A stretch of DNA of 64,000 nucleotides from assembly GCA_963806225.1 (NCBI GenBank), contig CAWDXG010000001.1, forward strand, positions 1,984,001-2,048,000, read 5' to 3'. Positions within the stretch are counted from its first letter, which is position 1. Each line of letters begins with the position of its first letter. This DNA is from an uncultured delta proteobacterium. GTDB taxonomy: Bacteria; Myxococcota_A; Polyangia; Polyangiales; Polyangiaceae. A program made the position numbers and the translations under genes. A model generated the notes under the pieces. It worked only from the letters and a program-made list of their open reading frames with translations. It ran no database searches and had not been told where the DNA came from. Below are positions 43,269-52,031 of this stretch, piece after piece.

Positions 43269-43854
43269 GCGTGCATTTCGGTGCTGTCGGGCGTCCCGGA
43301 GAGCGGAAATGCGCGTGAGGCGTGCATTTCGGTGCTGTCGGGCGTCCCGGAGAGCGGAAATGCGCGTGAGGCGTGCATTTCGGTGCTGTCGGGCGTCCCG
43401 GAGCGTCGGAAATGCGCGTGAGGCGTGCATTTCGGTGCTGTCGGGCGTCCCGGAGAGCGGAAATGCGCGTGAGGCGTGCATTTCGGTGCTGTCGGGCGTC
43501 CCGGAGAGCGGAAATGCGCGTGAGGCGTGCATTTCGGTGCTGTCGGGCGTCCCGGGAGCGGAGCGTCGGCGTCCGAAATGCGCGTGAGGCGTGCATTTCG
43601 GTGCTGTCGGGCGTCCCGGAGAGCGGAAATGCGCGTGAGGCGTGCATTTCGGTGCTGTCGGGCGTCCCGGAGAGCGGAAATGCGCGTGAGGCGTGCATTT
43701 CGGGCGTCGACGATGTCGTGGCGTCCTCTGTCGGAGCGAGCGGAAATGCGCGTGAGGCGTGCATTTCGGTGCTGTCGGGCGTCCCGGAGAGCGGAAATGC
43801 GCGTGAGGCGTGCATTTCGGTGCTGTCGGGCGTCCCGGAGAGCGGAAATGCGCG
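43269..43854. repeat. Array B: 11 palindromic units, mostly 51 bp
   Basis: GCGTGCATTT-N28-AAATGCGCGTGAG; units 6 and 9 have longer, different spacers. Confidence 0.92.
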
Positions 43855-43926
43855 CGCCGTCGCGCCGTCGCGCCGTCGCCCGTCGCGCCGTCGCGCCGTC
43901 GCGCCGTCGCGCCGTCGCGCCGTCGC
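43853..43926. repeat. 8-bp tandem repeat, about 9 copies
   Basis: (CGCGCCGT)n. Confidence 0.85.
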
Positions 43927-43944
43927 CCCGCCGCTCTCCGCGAA

Positions 43945-44116
43945 GGGGGTGCTCCCCCGCGCTTCACGTCGCTTCCGCGCCGTGCGCGCTGCGCGCGCCC
44001 GGGTCCCTCACGCGCGGTGCTCGGCCGGCCGGACCTCGTGCGACATGTCCGCCGCCGCGCGTCGCGATCCCCGCACCGCCGAGCGAGCCGGCCTGCGCCC
44101 GCGCGAGGGTCCCCAC
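43945..44116 (-). repeat. Structured dispersed element, copy 3 (inverted, with loop insertion; right boundary of the island)
   Basis: Minus strand GGGACCCTC-GCGCGG-[insert]-CCGCGC-GT-GAGGGACCC...GCACGGCGC...AGCGACGTGAAGCGCGGGGG. Confidence 0.7.
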
Positions 44117-44190
44117 CACCGGATGTCGTGCTGTTGCGCGCGCCGCGTCGGCTCGGCGCGATGGCGCGCGCCTGTGCGATGCTCGCGGCG

Positions 44191-44688
44191 ATGCAGCGCG
44201 TACATGACTTCGATTTCTTCAAGGTGCGGTGGCTCGGGCGGTACGGGTGGATCGTCGATCGGCCTGCCGCGGCCGTGGTGGTGCCCGAGTCGGCGGACGG
44301 GCGGCTGTGGATGGTGCGCATCGCGCGGGTGCCGACGCGCACGCGGAGCTGGGAGCTGCCGGGGGGCGAAGTGGGGAAGCGCGAGACGCCGGTGGAAGCG
44401 GGGCTGCGCGAGCTCGCCGAGGAGACGGGGCTTGTCGCGCGCGATGGCGCCGAGCTGTGGCCGACGACGATCGAAGCGGCGCCGGGGATGGGACGCATGC
44501 CGCATCACGTGATCATCGCGCGCGGCGTGGAGCCGGACGGTGCGCGACCGCGGCCCCAGCGGGACGAGGGCATCGAGCAGGTCCGTCGCTTCACACGCGA
44601 ACAGCTCGCGCGTCGCGTGGCGGACGGCGGTGTCCACGTGCTCGCGACGCTGGGTGCACTAGCCGTGACGGGTTGGCTCGGGGCGTAG
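44191..44688 (+). CDS. NUDIX hydrolase
   Basis: Nudix box GEVGKRETPVEAGLRELAEETGL; start uncertain. Confidence 0.88.
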   Translation: MQRVHDFDFFKVRWLGRYGWIVDRPAAAVVVPESADGRLWMVRIARVPTRTRSWELPGGEVGKRETPVEAGLRELAEETGLVARDGAELWPTTIEAAPGMGRMPHHVIIARGVEPDGARPRPQRDEGIEQVRRFTREQLARRVADGGVHVLATLGALAVTGWLGA

Positions 44689-44695
44689 CGCGCGC

Positions 44696-46102
44696 TCAGT
44701 ACACGTGCGTGCGGTGCGGGGCGGGGTAGTCGGGGAGGGCGGCGTCGGCCGTGTGCCAGCGGCGCTGCATGTCGGCGAGCAGGCTTTCGTTGGACTTCGA
44801 GAGATCGCGTTGCTCGCCGGGATCGCGGGCGAGGTCGAAGAGCTCGAGCTTCGGGTCGCCCTGGCTGACGATGATCTTGTCGGCGCCGTGGATGAGGGCG
44901 CGGCGGCGGGGCGTCTGGTCGGTGTGGGGAAGGTCGATGACGACGTCGCGCTGGGGCGGGCGCGCGCCGAGCAGCTCGGGAACGAGGCTTGTGCCGCGCA
45001 TGTGCGGGTCGGGCTTGACGCCCTCGAGCTCGAGCAGCGTGCGGGCGAGATCGATGTGGCTGCGGCGCGTGTCGATGCGGGCGGGCTTCACGCCGGGGAT
45101 GTCGAACATGAGCGGCACGCGCGTGGTCACGTCGTAGAGCAGAAAGCCGTGCTCGAAGTAGCTCGGGTGCTCGCCGAAGGCCTCGCCGTGATCCGACGTG
45201 ACCACGATCGCCGCGTCGTGCCCCCACTTCGTCTGCCGCACGTGTCGCACGAGCTTGCCGATCTGCGCGTCGGTGAAGGCGACCTCGCCGTCGTAGCGGT
45301 TCTTGCGGTTCTGCCCCACCTCGTCGAGCCGCACGCCAGGCGGTACGACGTGCGCACCGGGCTTGTACGCCGAACCGGAGAAGTGCGGGTAGCCCTTGTG
45401 GTGCACGTACTTGAAGTGCGGGTCCATGAAGTGCACCCAGGCAAAGAAGCGCTTTCCCGGGTGCTTTTTCGCGCTGTCGTCGAGCGCTGCGATCATCATC
45501 TTCGAGAGCTGGTCGTCGGTGACCGCCCCCTCGCGTGCCGGCTTGGCCGTGATGTACGGAATGACGCGCCACACGTCGAAACCCTGCTGGATCCCCGTGT
45601 CGCCCGCGAACCACACGTGCCCCTGCACGCCGATCGTGCGCACGTCCGCCTTGTGCAGCACTTCCGCCAGGAACGTCGCGTCGTCGTAGAAGCGGCTGGT
45701 GGTGTGCCCATCGCGCGGCAGCTCCGACGGATAGCGCCCCGCCATCAGTCCGCCCAGCGACATCGACGTGTAGCTCGACAGCGCATAGGCGTGCGTGTAG
45801 ACGACGCTCCGCTTCGCCAGCCTCGTCAGATTCGGCGCGATCGGCCGCGGGTAGCCGACCCAGGGCATGTCCGCACGCAGCGCGTCCACCGTGATGAAAA
45901 GGACGCTCCGCGGGCGGAGCTTCGCCGGCAGAACGGGCTTCGGCGGCGGATCGACGTGACGCGCCGGCGGCGGCGCAGCGGCCTGGCGCGCCGGCTCGGC
46001 GCTGGCCGCCGCCCGCGCGGAAGGCGCATCGTGCGCCGCGTGCGCGTGATCGCACGCCACCGGTAGGAACAGGGCGAAGAGTGCCGGCCAGGGGCGGATC
46101 AA
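44696..46102 (-). CDS. Sulfatase-like (alkaline phosphatase superfamily) exported protein
   Basis: ITVDALRAD, HFMDPH, YDGEV, TSDHGE, VPL, DLARDPGE. Confidence 0.88.
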   Translation of the reverse strand: MIRPWPALFALFLPVACDHAHAAHDAPSARAAASAEPARQAAAPPPARHVDPPPKPVLPAKLRPRSVLFITVDALRADMPWVGYPRPIAPNLTRLAKRSVVYTHAYALSSYTSMSLGGLMAGRYPSELPRDGHTTSRFYDDATFLAEVLHKADVRTIGVQGHVWFAGDTGIQQGFDVWRVIPYITAKPAREGAVTDDQLSKMMIAALDDSAKKHPGKRFFAWVHFMDPHFKYVHHKGYPHFSGSAYKPGAHVVPPGVRLDEVGQNRKNRYDGEVAFTDAQIGKLVRHVRQTKWGHDAAIVVTSDHGEAFGEHPSYFEHGFLLYDVTTRVPLMFDIPGVKPARIDTRRSHIDLARTLLELEGVKPDPHMRGTSLVPELLGARPPQRDVVIDLPHTDQTPRRRALIHGADKIIVSQGDPKLELFDLARDPGEQRDLSKSNESLLADMQRRWHTADAALPDYPAPHRTHVY

Positions 46103-46127
46103 GGTCGCTCTTCGTGCCAGCCCGCTG

Positions 46128-46490
46128 CTACGCGCAGACGATCGTGATCGGATGCTGGTGGTTGTTCGTGAGGGTCGAGGTCTTGTAGACGGTCTGCCCC
46201 TGGGCCAGTTGCTGGAAATCGGGAGCGCCGAGTGTGACCGTGTGGTCGTGGTTGGCGGAGCCCTTGATGTGATAGGTCTTGCCGACGGCGGCCTTCACGT
46301 CGGCCGGCGTGACCTTCAGCACGTGGCCGTGGTTGGCCTCGATCGTGACGGCAGCGTTGCTTTTGCTGCAGTCGCCACCGCCGCTGCTGGACGAGTTGTC
46401 GCTGCTGCTGCAGCCGGCTGCGCCCAGGGCGACCATGGCGCCCAGCGCGGTCAGAGCCGTTTCAAGGAACTGCTTCCGCGTGATGTTCAT
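46128..46490 (-). CDS. Small exported lipoprotein with three NHxH motifs
   Basis: Tat-like TRKQFL, AAGC lipobox, NHGH/NHDH/NHQH. Confidence 0.75.
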   Translation of the reverse strand: MNITRKQFLETALTALGAMVALGAAGCSSSDNSSSSGGGDCSKSNAAVTIEANHGHVLKVTPADVKAAVGKTYHIKGSANHDHTVTLGAPDFQQLAQGQTVYKTSTLTNNHQHPITIVCA

Positions 46491-46625
46491 TCAAGTACCC
46501 TCCTCTTGCTTCAAGAACCCGGGATCCGTTGCGCGAACCTGCGCGGATATTCGCCCGCCGGGCCACCACGATATCACGCGCGTGTGCTGGTCAGTGCGGA
46601 GGCCGTGGGCTAGAGTCCGGGCACG

Positions 46626-47654
46626 ATGAAAAGGGCTCTTATCACGGGAATTACCGGGCAGGACGGGTCGTATCTGGCGGAGCTTCTGCTCGGCAAAGGC
46701 TACGAGGTGTGGGGCGTGGTACGGCGCTCGTCGAGCTTCAACACCGACCGCATCCAGCACCTGTACCAGGATCCGCACGAGCCCGATGTGCGGCTCACGC
46801 TCGTCTACGGCGATCTGAACGACGCCTCGTCGCTGTCGAGCATCCTCGAGGAGGTGCGGCCGCACGAGATCTACAACCTGGCCGCGCAGAGCCACGTGCG
46901 CGTCAGCTTCGACATCCCGGAGTACACCGCCGAGATCACGGCGCTCGGCACGGTCCGCCTGCTCGAGGCGATGCGCCGGCTCAAGCTCGACGCGCGCTTC
47001 TACCAGGCCTCGTCCAGCGAGCTGTACGGCAAGGTGCACGAGACGCCCCAGCGCGAGACCACGCCCTTCCACCCGCGCAGCCCGTATTCGGCTGCCAAGG
47101 CCTACGCCTTCTACATCACGCAGAACTACCGCGAGGGCTACGGGATGTACGCGGTCAACGGCATCCTGTTCAACCACGAGAGCCCGCGCCGCGGCGAGAC
47201 GTTCGTGACGCGCAAGATCACGCGCGCCGCCACGCGCATCAAGCTCGGCCTGCAGGACAAGCTGTTCCTCGGCAACGTCGAGGCGAAGCGCGACTGGGGT
47301 TTCGCTGGCGACTACGTCGAGGGCATGTGGCGCATGCTGCAGGCCGACGAGCCCGACGACTTCGTGCTGGCCACGGGCGAGACGCACAGCGTGCGGGAGT
47401 TTCTCGAGAAGACGTTTGCGTCGCTGGACATGGACTACAAGGAACATGTCGAGCACGACGCGCGCTACGAGCGCCCCGCCGAGGTGGACCTGCTGCTCGG
47501 GGACGCTACCAAGGCGCGCGAGAAGCTCGGCTGGAAGCCGAAGGTCGGCTTCGACCAGCTGGTGAAGATGATGGTCGACGCCGACATGGTGATCGCGAAG
47601 AAGGAGCGCGCCCTCGCCGAGCACGACGAGCGCGAGAAAGCGGCGCAGGGATGA
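46626..47654 (+). CDS. gmd: GDP-mannose 4,6-dehydratase
   Basis: [41 protein letters not shown]. Confidence 0.97.
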   Translation: MKRALITGITGQDGSYLAELLLGKGYEVWGVVRRSSSFNTDRIQHLYQDPHEPDVRLTLVYGDLNDASSLSSILEEVRPHEIYNLAAQSHVRVSFDIPEYTAEITALGTVRLLEAMRRLKLDARFYQASSSELYGKVHETPQRETTPFHPRSPYSAAKAYAFYITQNYREGYGMYAVNGILFNHESPRRGETFVTRKITRAATRIKLGLQDKLFLGNVEAKRDWGFAGDYVEGMWRMLQADEPDDFVLATGETHSVREFLEKTFASLDMDYKEHVEHDARYERPAEVDLLLGDATKAREKLGWKPKVGFDQLVKMMVDADMVIAKKERALAEHDEREKAAQG

Positions 47655-48602
47655 GCCTCGACTGGAAGAGCACCAAGGTCGTCGTCACCGGCGGCGCGGG
47701 CTTTCTCGGCAGCTTCGTGGTCGAGGCGCTCGGGAAGCGCGGCGCAAAGGAAATCGTCGTCCCGCGCTCGAAGGACTACGACCTCGTGAAGGGCGACGAC
47801 GTGCGCCGGCTGCTGTCCGACGCCAAGCCGGATCTCGTGCTGCACCTCGCCGCGCGCGTCGGCGGCATCGGCGCGAACCGCGACAACCCCGGCCGCTTCT
47901 TCTACGAGAACGCCATGATGGGCATCCAGCTCATCCACGAGGCGTACCAGGCCGGCGTGAAGAAGCTGGTGGCCGTGGGCACGGTGTGCGCCTACCCGAA
48001 GTTCTGCCCGATACCGTTCAAGGAAGACGACATCTGGAACGGCTACCCCGAGGAGACCAACGCGCCCTACGGCATCGCGAAGAAGGTGATGGGCGTGCAG
48101 AGCGCCGGCTACCGCGAGCAGTACGGCTTCAACTCGGTCGTCGTCTATCCCGTGAACCTGTACGGCCCGCGCGACAACTTCGATCTGCACACGAGTCACG
48201 TCATTCCCGCCATGCTGCGCAAGTTCGACGCGGCCAAGCAGGCGGGCGCCGCCGAGGTCGTGCTCTGGGGCGACGGCTCGCCGACGCGCGAGTTCTTCTA
48301 CGTCGAGGACTGCGCCGAAGGCCTGCTGCTGGCCGCCGAGCGCTACGACTCGAGCGACCCGGTGAACCTCGGCTCCAGCGAGGAGATCTCGATCAAGGAC
48401 CTGGCGGAGAAGATTTCCGAAGCTCGTCGGCTACAGCGGCCGCATCGTCTGGGATACCGACAAGCCCAACGGCCAGCCGCGCCGCAAGCTCGACGTGACG
48501 CGCGCGAAGGAGCGCTTCGGCTTCGAGGCGAAGGTGCACCTCGACGAGGGGCTCCAGCGCACCTACGCCTGGATGCGCGAGCATCCGGAAATCATGGGGT
48601 GA
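47651..48602 (+). CDS. fcl: GDP-L-fucose synthase (frameshift near 48420)
   Basis: [41 protein letters not shown]. Confidence 0.93.
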
Positions 48603-49876
48603 ACGTGCTCCGCGGCAAACTCGACGCCCGCACCGCCCGCGTCGTCGTGATGGGCATCGGGTACGTCGGGTTGCCGCTAGCGGCGGAGCTGGCGCGCGCG
48701 GGCTTTCGCGTCACGGGGCTGGATCGCGATGCGGACAAGGTGCGGCTCCTGAACGCGGGCGAGTCCACGATCGACGACATCACGAGCGGCCAGCTGGCAC
48801 CCCATGTGGCTGCCGGGCGGCTCGATGCGACGACGGACGCCGCAGTGCTCGGCGAGGCGGACGCCGTGGTGGTCTGCGTGCCGACTCCGCTGACGAAGAG
48901 CCGTGATCCGGACATGCGCTTCATCGTGGGGGCCATCGACGAGATCGCGGCGCACCAGCACGCGGGCATGCTGGTCGTGCTGGAGTCGACAACGTATCCG
49001 GGCACCACGCGCGAAGTCGTCGCGCCCCGCCTTTCCGCGCGTTTTGGACTCGGCGAGGAGGTGTTCATCGCCTTTTCGCCCGAGCGCACGGATCCTGGCA
49101 ACGCGGAGTTCTCGACGCGCACCACGCCCAAGCTCATCGGCGGCATGACGCCCGCGTGCCTCGAGATGGCGACGGCGCTGTATTCGGGAGCTATCGACAC
49201 CTTGGTCCCGGTCAGCAGCACCGAGGTCGCCGAGATGGCCAAGCTGCTCGAGAACACGTTTCGTGCCGTCAACATCGGGCTCGTCAACGAAGTCGCGCTG
49301 ATGAGCCGCCGGCTCGGGATCGATCCGCACGAGGTGATCCGCGCCGCGGCGACCAAGCCGTTCGGCTACATGCCGTTCCGCCCGGGGCCTGGGCTCGGCG
49401 GCCACTGCATCCCGAACGACCCGCTGTACCTTTCCTGGAAGCTCCGCACGCTCAAATACGAAGCGCGCTTCATCGAGGTCGCCGACGCCGTCAACCGCAG
49501 CATGCCGGCGTACGTCGTCGAGCGTGTGGCGGACGTGCTCGCGGAGCAAGGCAGCGCGCTCTCCGGCGCGCGCGTGCTCGTCTACGGCGTCGCCTACAAG
49601 CCGGGCGTCAGCGACATGCGCGAGTCGCCCGCGTTCGAGATCATCGGCGGTCTCCGCGCGCGCGGCGCCGACGTGGCGTACATGGACCCGCGCGTCCCCG
49701 CGCTGCCCGGCGGAGAGCGCAGCGTCGACCCCGCCGCAAGCTTCGCGGACTACGACGCGGTCGTCATCGTCACCGACCACCCCGAGCTCGACCGCGAGCG
49801 GCTACGGCGCGAAGCGCGCCTCGTCGTGGATACGCGGGATTGCGTCGTCGGCGGCGACAACGTGTTCGGGTTGTAG
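48599..49876 (+). CDS. UDP-N-acetylhexosamine (nucleotide-sugar) dehydrogenase
   Basis: [42 protein letters not shown]. Confidence 0.92.
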   Translation: MNVLRGKLDARTARVVVMGIGYVGLPLAAELARAGFRVTGLDRDADKVRLLNAGESTIDDITSGQLAPHVAAGRLDATTDAAVLGEADAVVVCVPTPLTKSRDPDMRFIVGAIDEIAAHQHAGMLVVLESTTYPGTTREVVAPRLSARFGLGEEVFIAFSPERTDPGNAEFSTRTTPKLIGGMTPACLEMATALYSGAIDTLVPVSSTEVAEMAKLLENTFRAVNIGLVNEVALMSRRLGIDPHEVIRAAATKPFGYMPFRPGPGLGGHCIPNDPLYLSWKLRTLKYEARFIEVADAVNRSMPAYVVERVADVLAEQGSALSGARVLVYGVAYKPGVSDMRESPAFEIIGGLRARGADVAYMDPRVPALPGGERSVDPAASFADYDAVVIVTDHPELDRERLRREARLVVDTRDCVVGGDNVFGL

Positions 49877-49899
49877 ACGGCGGCGTCGAACCTCGAAGT

Positions 49900-50029
49900 T
49901 GGGCCGTGAAACGCCCGTTCTGGGCCGAGCGGCGGGCATTTTCGTGGGCAAGCTTCAACTTGCGCCGTGAAATGCCCGTTTTGCGGCCCTCTTGCCCCCC
50001 AAGCTTCAACTTGCGCCCGGAAATGCCCG
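49900..50029. repeat. Cluster of 46-bp palindromic elements (one full, two partial)
   Basis: CGGGCATTT-TCGTGGG-CAAG-CTTCAA-CTTG-CGCCGTG-AAATGCCCG at 49933-49978. Confidence 0.85.
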
Positions 50030-50058
50030 CCTCCACGCCAAGCGGCGCTCCGGCCCAT

Positions 50059-51330
50059 CTATTCCGCCACCAGCGCCGCACAACTTCGCGCGCGCTCGAC
50101 CAGCGCGTCCGACAACGCTTCGACGACCGGATGCACGAGCCCAGCCCTGCGCGTGTCGGCGAGCACGCTCGTGGCGACATCGGGTAGCGCTGCTGCCTGG
50201 CTCCGCGCTGCCGCAACGACGCGCTCCGGATCCACCCCGATGTCCGCTGCGAGCTTCTGCCACTGACGCCGACCGATGTCGCGTAGTCGGTACTTGCCGC
50301 CGATCTTCATCGCGAGCTTCAACTTCTGCGGCGCCATGTCGGGGTAGGGCAGGGCGCTGGCCAGGTCGTACAGCGGAGCGAGTCGGACGCGTCCTCCGGC
50401 GGCGATGAGAAGCGAGTAGTTCTTGGCGTGGGCGTCCGGGCCGGCGATGAGCCAGTTGAACACGAGGGCGCCCACGAACGTGTCGATGTCCTCCTCCACT
50501 CCGGTGGACACTTCGCGCAGCAGCTCGACAACCGCGCGCGCACCAGGCCCGCCGTCGTTCTCGTACTTGTGCTCGGGGTGGACGGCCAGCGCCTGACAGA
50601 TATCTTCCTGATGCAAGCGGGCCACGCCCGCGGGCCCTGTGACTCGATCGTATCGCTCCACCACAATGGCGATCTGGTCCTCGAACTGCAGGATGCTCGA
50701 CGAGACGGTGGGAAGCCCGTGCCCCCGGGCGACTTCCAGACAGAAATGCTCGTTCTCCGCCGAACCCTCCAGGTCCAGGATGCCGGGCTTGAGGATGTGT
50801 GTCGTCGGCGTTCGTCCGCGCGGTACACCCCAGCGCGAGCCATCGAACCAGAGCGCTGTCTTCGGTTGCGCACCGGCCAGGCTGAACTGTCCGGCGTCGC
50901 TTTCCGCGCGCCATGCGGAAACGTCCGCGCGCAGCGTCCTCAGTCGCGACGCGACATCCGCCTCGGACAGCCACTCGATGCCCGTTTCCTCGTCCGCCTC
51001 CCCACCGCGATCCGCACGAATGATGCGTACGGCTCCCGGGCAATCCGCACCGACCTGGGCCAGGAGCGCGAATGCACTCCGCGCCGAGACGTGGAAGCGC
51101 CGGCCCCACCGCTCCAGGATCCTGTCGTTGTCGGGAAGCAGCCCCCACAAGTAGGGCTCGACAGCCCTGGGCGGATGCTGCCGCGCAGCGAGCGGCATCG
51201 ACAGCGAGAGTGGAAGCGCATCGTCCCGCGAGCGCCACGCTTCGTCGTACTCGAACGCAGTCCTGCCACGCGTCTGCACCAACCGACCGATCCGTGGGTC
51301 GCCGAGGTGTACGGCCAGCTCGTCGGTCAC
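50059..51330 (-). CDS. hipA: HipA-family kinase toxin
   Basis: PLSLSMP, LLPD, SLAGAQPK, THILKP, LHQED, DAHAKNYS, LAPLYD. Confidence 0.95.
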   Translation of the reverse strand: MTDELAVHLGDPRIGRLVQTRGRTAFEYDEAWRSRDDALPLSLSMPLAARQHPPRAVEPYLWGLLPDNDRILERWGRRFHVSARSAFALLAQVGADCPGAVRIIRADRGGEADEETGIEWLSEADVASRLRTLRADVSAWRAESDAGQFSLAGAQPKTALWFDGSRWGVPRGRTPTTHILKPGILDLEGSAENEHFCLEVARGHGLPTVSSSILQFEDQIAIVVERYDRVTGPAGVARLHQEDICQALAVHPEHKYENDGGPGARAVVELLREVSTGVEEDIDTFVGALVFNWLIAGPDAHAKNYSLLIAAGGRVRLAPLYDLASALPYPDMAPQKLKLAMKIGGKYRLRDIGRRQWQKLAADIGVDPERVVAAARSQAAALPDVATSVLADTRRAGLVHPVVEALSDALVERARSCAALVAE

Positions 51331-51604
51331 CGCTTCGGCTTCCTCGAGCGCTGCACGATGGCGTCGAGGTCCGGCCCCGTGACGGCGTCCGGCTGCGAGT
51401 CAGCCGTCAACCGGACCCCGAGCGCGCCGAGCGCCTTCAACACCAGCCCCAGCTCCGCCCGCGGTCTACCCCGCTCGACCTGGCCCACCCAGAGGCGACT
51501 GACCCCGATGGCGTCCGCGAGCGCCTGCTGACTCAGCCCGCGCGCGCGGCGTCGATCCCGATCAGCGCCCCCACATCGCTGGAATTTCTCAGAGCCAGAC
51601 TCAT
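51327..51604 (-). CDS. hipB: HipB-like XRE HTH antitoxin (one base missing near 51558)
   Basis: Restored MSLALRNSSDVGALIRDRRRARGLSQQALADAIGVSRLWVGQVERG. Confidence 0.85.
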
Positions 51605-51675
51605 TGCAAGCGTTCGCTTTCATACGCTATTGTAAGCGCTCGCTATCTTTCTGCAAGTGCATGCGTACGCTTGCA
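51605..51675. promoter_or_regulatory. Three 18-bp imperfect palindromes, putative HipB operators
   Basis: Variants of TGCAAGCG-N2-CGCTTGCA at 51605, 51631, 51658. Confidence 0.65.
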
Positions 51676-51701
51676 TCCCCGTCCTGCCCCACCAACCAGC
51701 A

Positions 51702-51800
51702 CGGGCATTTTGCCGTCCGAGCTGCAACTTGCGCCCGGAAATGCCCGCCTAGCGCGCGGGCGGGCATTTTCGCGAGCAAGCTCGTGCCCCAAAATGCCCG
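51702..51800. repeat. Two 46-bp-family palindromic elements
   Basis: CGGGCATTT-N7-CGAG-CTGCAA-CTTG-N7-AAATGCCCG at 51702-51747 and a shortened copy at 51761-51800. Confidence 0.85.
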
Positions 51801-52031
51801 CCCCATGCCCCGCCGCATGGATGGGCCGACCGCCCCGGGCCGTCATCTTGTCCGGGCGACCCAGTCAGCTTTCCGCGACGCGAGGCAACACGCCCCCTGG
51901 TCGGCCGTAGTGGGGCACCGCATCGGGAATGTCCGCCGGATCGCCGACGAACCGCTCGAGCGATGGTGCGCACTTCACCGCGCTCGACCCCCAAGAACCT
52001 TCGGCCCTTCGTGTTGACCCTCTGGGGCCGC

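Noticed and set aside
40547..43854. Canonical CRISPR arrays
   Set aside because: Spacers are mostly repeated and no cas genes or leader are visible; kept as a non-canonical repeat-spacer finding.
38832..44498. 1888-aa and other long ORFs across the repeat island
   Set aside because: Low-complexity translations of stop-free GC repeats, partly antisense to tsf.
46529..49876. 1115-aa fcl-dehydrogenase fusion ORF
   Set aside because: Caused by the fcl frameshift; a separate stop and start overlap at 48599-48602.
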